Shown: one piece after another, positions 16,637-22,155 of the stretch
Layout: the number at the start of each line of letters is the position of its first letter
Numbering within the stretch: position 1 is the first letter of the stretch
DNA from: a virus
Reading direction: 5' to 3' (one strand)
Virus record (IMG/VR): IMGVR_UViG_3300029822_001172
Span: 1 to 22,155 of that record
Length of the DNA stretch: 22,155 bases
Translations under genes and position numbers: made by a program
The notes under the pieces: generated by a model
Databases searched by the model: none
The model's input: only the letters and a program-made list of their open reading frames with translations
Told to the model about the DNA's origin: nothing

Positions 16637-17062
16637 TCAGAACCATCCTTCTGCATATTCTTGTATTTCTTCATCAGTCAACGTTAGCAGTTTTTCAGAT
16701 GACCCCCATTTATCCCACGCCCAATGTACAATCTCGGTTAATTTGGTGTCGTAAGTTTCATCGGGCGCAGCTTCGTATATTGCATCGATGATTTTATTAA
16801 ACAGAGAGGCTGCGGTTTCTTCATCTCCCCCCCAATCTCCAACGGTTTCAGATGCTGCATAGACTGATTTTGGATTAAACATCTCTTTATAATTTATTAC
16901 CTCTTCAATTTGGTTATCGATGAATTGTTTTTTCCTCTTTTCAAAATCCTCGCCATGCTGTAAATGTTGAATTATGTATTCATCAAGCCATTCTTCTATT
17001 TCTTCCATTGTTTCAAATGTTTCAGAATTTGTATTCGGACCAAAATCTACTCGGTATGGCAT
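16637..17062 (-). CDS. Highly acidic hypothetical protein
   Basis: 141 aa with 34 D/E versus 11 K/R (manual count). Confidence 0.75.
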   Translation of the reverse strand: MPYRVDFGPNTNSETFETMEEIEEWLDEYIIQHLQHGEDFEKRKKQFIDNQIEEVINYKEMFNPKSVYAASETVGDWGGDEETAASLFNKIIDAIYEAAPDETYDTKLTEIVHWAWDKWGSSEKLLTLTDEEIQEYAEGWF

Positions 17063-17173
17063 TTATTTCATCTCCAGAAATTCAAACTGTTCGAGCATTG
17101 CAGGAATATCATCCTGAGTGTGGTGAATTTTCTTCATATCTTGTGGGGTCAGTTGGTAGATTTTTCTTTCCAT
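17063..17173 (-). CDS. 36-aa ORF (MERKIYQLTPQDMKKIHHTQDDIPAMLEQFEFLEMK)
   Basis: AGGAGG RBS at 17186-17181; first gene after promoter copy 1; its TAA abuts the next ATG. Confidence 0.65.
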   Translation of the reverse strand: MERKIYQLTPQDMKKIHHTQDDIPAMLEQFEFLEMK

Positions 17174-17180
17174 CTCTTTT

Positions 17181-17256
17181 CCTCCTATCTTAGCTCAGGG
17201 CACACCGCCCTACTACAATATACTATAAGGCGTTCCAAGTATATATAACTAACTAC
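17181..17256 (-). promoter_or_regulatory. Repeated promoter-hairpin-RBS element, copy 1
   Basis: TTATATATAC...GCCTTATAGTATATTGTAGT-AGGGC-ggtgt-GCCCT-GAGCTAAGAT-AGGAGG. The 47 bp at 17187-17233 are identical to 18774-18820. Confidence 0.85.
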
Positions 17257-17418
17257 GCGGCGTTCATTAAAGTAATACAATAATAAAAACACTAACAAGA
17301 GCCTGAACGATTCTAAGCCATTTAGAGACGTTTTTAAGGAGTGCCCGATGGAATTCTACGGCAATAAGGGAGAAAATGGAACAGCGGGCCTGAGGTTAAG
17401 CCTGTATATTGCTCTGTG

Positions 17419-17456
17419 AGAAAAAAGAAAAAGTAAGAAAAAATAATGAAATTAGT
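17419..17456 (-). terminator. Oligo-U terminator of the cassette 2 transcript
   Basis: TTATTTTTTCTTACTTTTTCTTTTTTCT on the minus strand, just after ORF 17476-17823. Confidence 0.55.
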
Positions 17457-17475
17457 TAATAACCGTCAACGATTT

Positions 17476-17823
17476 TTATACCTTGATTTCGTCTTCGTGA
17501 TCTTTCAACCACTTCTCAAAATGTGGATATTTCTCACATTTTTCAATATCATTAGCTGTGTTAAATATCCAACCACAAACCACACATTCAAATCCCTGCA
17601 TATCATCCATTGCGTCGGGTTTAGTGTTGATTACCCGTTTAGAGATTTCCCCCCCAAAGGTTATCATTTGTGTTTTTTGAGATAGGTATTCTTTCCAGTA
17701 TTGCAAGTGCCCACCGCATATCGGGCATTTTATCTCTACGCCTTCAACTCTCATTTTTTCATATCCAGGTTGTTTATTTCTCCTTACGCATTCCCTCGAT
17801 CTGTTTGTCGGTAACCTATTCAT
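17476..17823 (-). CDS. Zn-ribbon protein
   Basis: 115 aa with CPICG...CVVCG. Confidence 0.75.
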   Translation of the reverse strand: MNRLPTNRSRECVRRNKQPGYEKMRVEGVEIKCPICGGHLQYWKEYLSQKTQMITFGGEISKRVINTKPDAMDDMQGFECVVCGWIFNTANDIEKCEKYPHFEKWLKDHEDEIKV

Positions 17824-17944
17824 TGTTTAGAGCTGGTCTTCGGTTTTGTGTAAATATAGTTTCAATTGCTCTCTTAAGATGCTCGTTGTTTATTAGTTCA
17901 ATTTCATCATTTTCCAGTTTCTCAAAATCTTCTTTTGTTACCAT
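17816..17944 (-). CDS. 42-aa ORF (MVTKEDFEKLENDEIELINNEHLKRAIETIFTQNRRPALNNE)
   Basis: CGGAG RBS; first gene after promoter copy 2; overlaps the next ATG. Confidence 0.6.
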   Translation of the reverse strand: MVTKEDFEKLENDEIELINNEHLKRAIETIFTQNRRPALNNE

Positions 17945-17949
17945 TTAGG

Positions 17950-18017
17950 TTATCTCCGTGTATTAGCTTAGGTTGTACAATATACTATAAGGCGTTCAAA
18001 GTATATATAATTAACTA
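17950..18017 (-). promoter_or_regulatory. Repeated promoter element, copy 2 (hairpin lost)
   Basis: TTATATATAC...ACGCCTTATAGTATATTGTA, followed by CAACCTAAGCTAA instead of the hairpin. Confidence 0.8.
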
Positions 18018-18140
18018 TTTGGTATACCATATAGTTACTCTAATAAAACAAAGTCCTTAATCAAATAATCACAAGTTGAGGAAGGGCAGGACCACCCCGA
18101 CCCTGTATAAGCTCTATTTTTAGTTCCTGCTCTTGTATAT
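17976..18140. repeat. 165-bp direct repeat, copy A (partner 18801-18965)
   Basis: Ungapped alignment at offset 825 with 16 mismatches in 165 bp (~90% identity, manual count). Confidence 0.95.
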
Positions 18141-18244
18141 GCCCTAATACAAATTTCTCCACATTTAGGGCAAATTGGTTTTGGGATTGCCTGTTTACCA
18201 TTTGGCTTAATCTGTCCCTGTCTTCGTTTTTTTCCAGTGTTCAT
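18035..18244 (-). CDS. Zn-ribbon protein with basic N-terminus
   Basis: 69 aa; PICPKCGE..RAY...GWSCPSSTC. Confidence 0.75.
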   Translation of the reverse strand: MNTGKKRRQGQIKPNGKQAIPKPICPKCGEICIRAYTRAGTKNRAYTGSGWSCPSSTCDYLIKDFVLLE

Positions 18245-18757
18245 TTATACCAAGCCAACCGTAGGAGCTACCATATACACACAGTCTGAATATTCAACGA
18301 TCAACGGAATATCTTTACCTCCCTTATATGATAGTGGATCACCAAGGCCCCCAATAACCTCCAAGGCATACCACAGAGGATATAAATATTTCATATCATC
18401 AGTGTCCATATCCTCCTTTTCAATCGGTTTAAAAAACACACCTTTAATATCAAACCTCTTATACAAATTTTCAACGTTGTCCGCCTTTACGATTGTGCAC
18501 AGCTTGTTTTTTAGAGTGAAAACTCCACGTTCTGACCATTCGATATCAGGAACAATATATTTATAAATGTCATCCAAGTCATTTTCAATTTCTTTTTTAT
18601 ATTCGTTCCATGCAATATCGCACGCACCACAGTTGAAACCTTTATTACATATACACGGGTTGTCTAGGTCTACTTCGCATTTATCACCATATTCATAATC
18701 TCTATATGTTGGCGGGAATATCATTTTCTCTTTTTGTTCTTGTGTCAACGTTTCCAT
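18245..18757 (-). CDS. Cys-cluster plus PCNA/sliding-clamp-like domain protein
   Basis: 170 aa with GGAGTGA RBS; C-x7-C-x-C-x4-C-x2-C cluster; C-terminus YPLWYALEVI...GKDIPLIVEYSDCVYMVAP. Confidence 0.65.
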   Translation of the reverse strand: METLTQEQKEKMIFPPTYRDYEYGDKCEVDLDNPCICNKGFNCGACDIAWNEYKKEIENDLDDIYKYIVPDIEWSERGVFTLKNKLCTIVKADNVENLYKRFDIKGVFFKPIEKEDMDTDDMKYLYPLWYALEVIGGLGDPLSYKGGKDIPLIVEYSDCVYMVAPTVGLV

Positions 18758-18761
18758 TCAT

Positions 18762-18843
18762 TTCACTCCTTACATCTTAGCTCAGGGCACACCGCCCTAC
18801 TACAATATACTATAAGGCGTCCCATGTATATATAATTAACTAT
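18762..18843 (-). promoter_or_regulatory. Repeated promoter-hairpin-RBS element, copy 3
   Basis: TATA, TATAGTATATTGTAG, hairpin AGGGC-ggtgt-GCCCT (18784-18798) and RBS. Confidence 0.85.
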
Positions 18844-18965
18844 TTAGCATACCATATAGTTACTCTAATAAAACAAAGTCCTTAATTATATAATCACAAG
18901 TCTCAGATGGGCACGCCCAACCAGACCCTGTATAAGCTCTATTTTTAGTTCCTGCTCTTGTATAT
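18801..18965. repeat. 165-bp direct repeat, copy B (partner 17976-18140)
   Basis: See copy A. Confidence 0.95.
18860..18965 (-). pseudogene. 5'-truncated copy of the Zn-ribbon gene 18035-18244
   Basis: Reads YTRAGTKNRAYTGSGWACPSETCDYIIKDFVLLE-stop. An in-frame TAA lies upstream and there is no start codon. Confidence 0.8.
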
Positions 18966-19073
18966 ACAATTAGTTCCTTAGTGGAAAAGTGGGGTTAATA
19001 TTTCTTTTTTTGTACTATTTTTTGATGAAATTTGGCTTTATTTTAATACAATTCTTACATTTGTACGGATTAT

Positions 19074-19163
19074 ACGAAAAGTACTTATATGAATAGTGCG
19101 TATAGTATATTGTAGTAAGGGCATAAGGCCCTGCGAGAAAATAAGAAAAGGTGAAAAGAAATG
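19074..19163 (+). promoter_or_regulatory. Repeated promoter-hairpin-RBS element, copy 4 (divergent)
   Basis: GAAAAGTACTTATATG (BRE/TATA)...TATAGTATATTGTAGTA-AGGGC-ataag-GCCCT-G...AGGTGA-AAAGAA-ATG. Confidence 0.85.
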
Positions 19164-19403
19164 ATATATGGAAAAATTTTGAACCTAACTCAACATGTAG
19201 CAACCCCTGAACAGGTTGAAGCCGGAGTTTTTGAACCTTCTGCTGAAGACAAGAAGATGATACAGAAACTCCTTACATTTGATGAAATTGCCGAAACTGA
19301 ATCATGGCACATGTACCAAAGGGAAAGTATTGACCAGGTACAGCCTGATGGTTCGGTCAAAAAGACCGCAGTATTCAGGCACTGCGGATTTGTGGAGGTC
19401 TGA
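19161..19403 (+). CDS. Csx20-like (CARF-related ring nuclease) homolog with the central segment missing
   Basis: N-terminal [13 protein letters not shown] and C-terminal [25 protein letters not shown] match my recollection of the Csx20 termini (H-x2-T-x2-Q; R-x-S-x-E...G-x-V-x-K-x2-VF-x-H-x2-F). Only 80 aa. Confidence 0.6.
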   Translation: MIYGKILNLTQHVATPEQVEAGVFEPSAEDKKMIQKLLTFDEIAETESWHMYQRESIDQVQPDGSVKKTAVFRHCGFVEV

Positions 19404-19405
19404 AA

Positions 19406-20269
19406 ATGACCTCAATAAAAGAACTAAATAGAGACATCGAGGCAAATGCTGTAGAACTTGATTCCGCGCATAGATATGAAAACGGGTATGACTACTCAGA
19501 TGAGGAGTTTTACACTCTTCAGGAAAAACAGAGAAAACTAATTGAAAAAGTTAGAAAAGCACTTGAACCAAAATACGAATTTCCGTACTATGCCCTCATA
19601 AGAGTGCATTCTAAGAGAGATGGAACGTTTCATATTCCTGCCCCAATGTTCAATGGGATGACAAGAAGATCGAAATGGGCAGGGAGTCTCCCAATCGCAG
19701 GAGATAAAAGAGATGGTGAATATTACGAGTGCCCCTTCTGCGGAGAAAAGAGTTTCTATTCGGGTGTATGTGAAGAGTGTAGAAGAGATTTTGAAGTGTG
19801 GGAAAAAGACGGTTACGATGGCCAGTGGGTTGACGGCCCACTTCCGCTTGAGTATAGAAACCATGAAGCTATGAAGAATGCAGCGAAAGATGAACTGCTC
19901 AGAAGAATTGATACAGGTGTTCCCGATCTCGGAATATACTCAGCCGAAATAGTTCTACATGTGGCGTGGGGCGCAGAATGGGAACCTTCGCCTTTCTTGA
20001 AGTGTTCAGACTACTCAGCACAGTGGGCACTCGACAGGATCGAAAAAGAGATCCGAAGTCATGAGAAACTTAAAAAATATGAAGAATATCAAGAAATGAT
20101 CCGTAATTATACTCTCGAAGATGGAGTGCCGCTTGATTATCTCGAAGGTGACGTTATCACAGTTGAAGGCACAAATGAACTCCGCAGGCATGTCAATGGT
20201 GTTTGGCAGCATAAACATCCTGAAGATGGGTATGATTACTGGCATCCTATGGCACGGGTCCACAAATAA
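19406..20269 (+). CDS. Hypothetical protein with a central Zn ribbon
   Basis: 287 aa; CPFCG-x7-CEEC; GGAGGT RBS. Confidence 0.75.
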   Translation: MTSIKELNRDIEANAVELDSAHRYENGYDYSDEEFYTLQEKQRKLIEKVRKALEPKYEFPYYALIRVHSKRDGTFHIPAPMFNGMTRRSKWAGSLPIAGDKRDGEYYECPFCGEKSFYSGVCEECRRDFEVWEKDGYDGQWVDGPLPLEYRNHEAMKNAAKDELLRRIDTGVPDLGIYSAEIVLHVAWGAEWEPSPFLKCSDYSAQWALDRIEKEIRSHEKLKKYEEYQEMIRNYTLEDGVPLDYLEGDVITVEGTNELRRHVNGVWQHKHPEDGYDYWHPMARVHK

Positions 20270-20288
20270 GAAAAGGTGAAAAGAAATG
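20264..20288 (+). repeat. 25-bp exact direct repeat of the RBS-ATG segment at 19139-19163
   Basis: AAATAAGAAAAGGTGAAAAGAAATG occurs at both sites. Confidence 0.95.
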
Positions 20289-20525
20289 CATGACAAGAAA
20301 AAAGTAAAATTCGCGGATGTCCATCCGACAACCCGCGAGAAGTTTAAAATTTTCGTGAGTAAATTAAAACTCGATGGACGCACCATAAATGGGCATCGAG
20401 TAAAAACTCTCGAAGATGGCATGTTATATGCTATGATGCAGGCGGAAAGAGTGCCTGCGCTTGAAGAAGAAAACATGGAATTGAAAGAGAAGATCAAGGA
20501 ATGTGAGTTTCCTGGCTCAGGTTAA
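20286..20525 (+). CDS. Small basic protein with C-terminal coiled coil (possible DNA-binding regulator)
   Basis: 79 aa; Lys-rich N-terminus; LEEENMELKEKIKE heptads. Confidence 0.65.
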   Translation: MHDKKKVKFADVHPTTREKFKIFVSKLKLDGRTINGHRVKTLEDGMLYAMMQAERVPALEEENMELKEKIKECEFPGSG

Positions 20526-20604
20526 TTGAAAAAGGTGTAGAAGTCCTATATGAGATTAATTATGAAATATTAATTTATGAAAAGTGGATAAGGAAGACTT
20601 GAAC

Positions 20605-20760
20605 ATGGCGCTAAGGACTATAAAAAAAAGGCAATGGTACATCTACATGGAACTTGCTTGTTTATGGGGCACCGTCTACTTTGAGGGAGTTTTAAGCACG
20701 GCATGTTTTATTGGAATTATCGTTTCGGCAATAATGTATATTTTCACGGATGAAAGGTGA
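20605..20760 (+). CDS. 51-aa membrane protein
   Basis: Manual translation MALRTIKKRQWYIYMELACLWGTVYFEGVLSTACFIGIIVSAIMYIFTDER: basic N-terminus and two hydrophobic stretches. Confidence 0.5.
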   Translation: MALRTIKKRQWYIYMELACLWGTVYFEGVLSTACFIGIIVSAIMYIFTDER

Positions 20761-20778
20761 CTTATTGGTAATTTTCCA

Positions 20779-20797
20779 TTTCTTTTTTTCTTTTTTG
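20779..20797 (+). terminator. Oligo-U terminator of the rightward cassette
   Basis: TTTCTTTTTTTCTTTTTT just downstream of the last small ORF. Confidence 0.55.
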
Positions 20798-20798
20798 A

Positions 20799-20917
20799 TA
20801 TGTATATATCTCATTTCCTAAGGAGACCAGTATCAGAAGCTTATAATATTCCTTCGGAAAAAATCATAGCACTTAAATACTTCCTAAGCATATTATGTAT
20901 ATCGTTTCCTAAGGAGA
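20799..20917. promoter_or_regulatory. Mini-ORB-like repeats upstream of cdc6 (putative origin or autoregulatory operators)
   Basis: TTTCCTAAGGAGA at 20814 and 20905, each preceded by TATGTATAT; TTCCTTCGGAA at 20849; TTCCTAAGCA at 20881. These fit the TCC-N3-GGA core (one mismatch at 20881). Confidence 0.6.
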
Positions 20918-20925
20918 ATTAAGAC

Positions 20926-22155
20926 ATGACACCAAAAATATCTTTAACAGAAATAATCGCATCTGATAACCGGCTGTTTATGAACAAGCAAGTAGTAAAA
21001 CCTAATTATACACTCAGAGGGATTGATGATATCCTCCATAGAGATGATGAAATAAGAACATATTACGAGTATCTAAAAGATATCTTTAGTGGAGTGTCGC
21101 CAAGTAACATTTTCATCTACGGAAAGCCTGGACTTGGGAAAACTCTAATTACAAAACTCGTTTTTGAAGAAATTAAAAGAGAAGCAGAAGTAAGAGGAAT
21201 AGAACTCTGTATTATAAATATCAACTGTGACGAACTCAGAACAGAACACTCTATTTTACAGAGACTTGTGCGGGAAATCCCTTCAGATGAGCCAAGAAGA
21301 GTTATAGGGAATTCAACCTCTAAGCATAGTGAACACCTGAAGTATTTGATAAATCACTACTCAGGAATAATAATAATCATTCTCGATGAACTTGATAAGG
21401 CCGTAAATCCTGAAATGATCAACAAGATAATAAGAACCGAATCGGAAGCTTCCGGGCAGTTTCCGACTATTGTAGGAATTACAAACGATCTAGGATTAAG
21501 AGATAGGTTCCCGCCACACTTAAAAAGTGTTCTCTGCGAAAATGGATTAATTATCAACCCTTACAACGCTGACCAATTAGCTGATATCCTGAGGGCAAGG
21601 GCAGAAATAGCATTTAAGAAGGATTCCTTAGACGAAATGGTAATTCCTCTATGTGCTGCTTATGCCGCTCAGGACTATGGAGATGTTAGACGAGCTATAG
21701 ACCTTTTAAGAGTTGCCGGAGAAATAGCAGAATCAAGAAGCGGAAAACAGTTAATAGAACAGGATGTTAGAGACGCTTACAACAAGTTAGAGATTGATAG
21801 AGTCATTGAAGTAATTAAAACACTTCCTACACAGTCTAAGGCCGCTCTGCTAGCATGTATATACGTTTATGATTCTCCTAAGGAAAATACCATGAGTAAT
21901 ATATACACTGTATATAGTGGGCTGTGTGATGCTATGGAGATTGATGTATTAACTCAGAGAAGGATAACCGACCTGCTTGCAGAATTAAACCAACTTGGAA
22001 TAATAGAAGGGATTAACGAGTTTAAAGGCAGGTATGGAAGGAAGAAAGTAATTACAAAGATAACTTCAAAAGAACATGCTTTAGAGATTCTTTTTCAGGA
22101 TTATAGAATTAGTACAATTAAGAACATTCCCGCTAGTGCGTTTTTACGGTTTTAA
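20926..22155 (+). CDS. cdc6: Orc1/Cdc6 replication initiator
   Basis: Walker A GKPGLGKT, Walker B IIIILDELD, YNADQLADIL.RA, GDVRRAIDLL, and winged-helix LTQRRITDLLAELNQLGII. Confidence 0.96.
   Translation: MTPKISLTEIIASDNRLFMNKQVVKPNYTLRGIDDILHRDDEIRTYYEYLKDIFSGVSPSNIFIYGKPGLGKTLITKLVFEEIKREAEVRGIELCIININCDELRTEHSILQRLVREIPSDEPRRVIGNSTSKHSEHLKYLINHYSGIIIIILDELDKAVNPEMINKIIRTESEASGQFPTIVGITNDLGLRDRFPPHLKSVLCENGLIINPYNADQLADILRARAEIAFKKDSLDEMVIPLCAAYAAQDYGDVRRAIDLLRVAGEIAESRSGKQLIEQDVRDAYNKLEIDRVIEVIKTLPTQSKAALLACIYVYDSPKENTMSNIYTVYSGLCDAMEIDVLTQRRITDLLAELNQLGIIEGINEFKGRYGRKKVITKITSKEHALEILFQDYRISTIKNIPASAFLRF

Larger units (their letters stand above)
1..22155. mobile_element. Archaeal head-tail virus/provirus segment (probable Methanosarcina host); extends beyond the window
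   Basis: Colinear capsid-neck-tail operon, tape measure, Orc1/Cdc6, archaeal TATA promoters, disaggregatase-like gene. No att site or integrase is visible. Confidence 0.93.

Noticed and set aside
17257-17418. Hydrophobic reading frame (WLRIVQALVSVFIIVLL) on the minus strand between cassettes
   Set aside because: I found no start codon or RBS in frame, and it lies downstream of an oligo-U terminator; treated as intergenic.
17816-17818. Pyrrolysine read-through at a TAG stop
   Set aside because: This is a single TAG ending a 42-aa ORF that already overlaps the next start; there is no methyltransferase context or other support.
17976-18965. DGR template/variable repeat pair
   Set aside because: The mismatches are not adenine-specific (G/T, T/G, C/G, C/T occur), the repeat includes a promoter, and no reverse transcriptase lies in the window.
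17187-19133. Viral mini-CRISPR array
   Set aside because: The repeat units are 300-830 bp apart, contain TATA boxes and RBSs, and are separated by ORFs rather than 30-40 nt spacers.
19538-21557. Minus-strand ORFs 19538-19864, 19650-19841, 20015-20497 and 21357-21557
   Set aside because: They are antisense to plus-strand genes that have clear promoter, RBS and motif support.

Overview
A 22-kb segment of an archaeal tailed (Caudoviricetes, siphovirus-like) virus or provirus. The host is most likely Methanosarcina, judged from a disaggregatase-like gene, archaeal TATA promoters and an orc1/cdc6 gene. Positions 1-15504 (minus strand) hold the morphogenesis operon. In transcription order it encodes protease-scaffold, decoration protein, an encapsulin-like HK97 major capsid protein, adaptor, head closure, neck, tail terminator, major tail protein, a tail-chaperone pair with a -1 frameshift site, tape measure, Dit-like protein, small baseplate proteins, a hub carrying 3 DUF2341-like modules, and a disaggregatase-like beta-helix protein that runs off the window. 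No terminase or portal gene is present. Positions 15670-20760 form a divergent array of small early/accessory ORFs driven by four copies of a repeated TATA-initiator-hairpin-RBS element. The cargo includes Zn ribbons, two sliding-clamp-like proteins, an acidic protein, an internally deleted Csx20-like ring-nuclease homolog, and a gene broken by a 41-47 bp IS200/IS605-end-like insertion. The window ends with mini-ORB-like repeats and cdc6. All family assignments come from manual translation and motif recall; no database searches were run.
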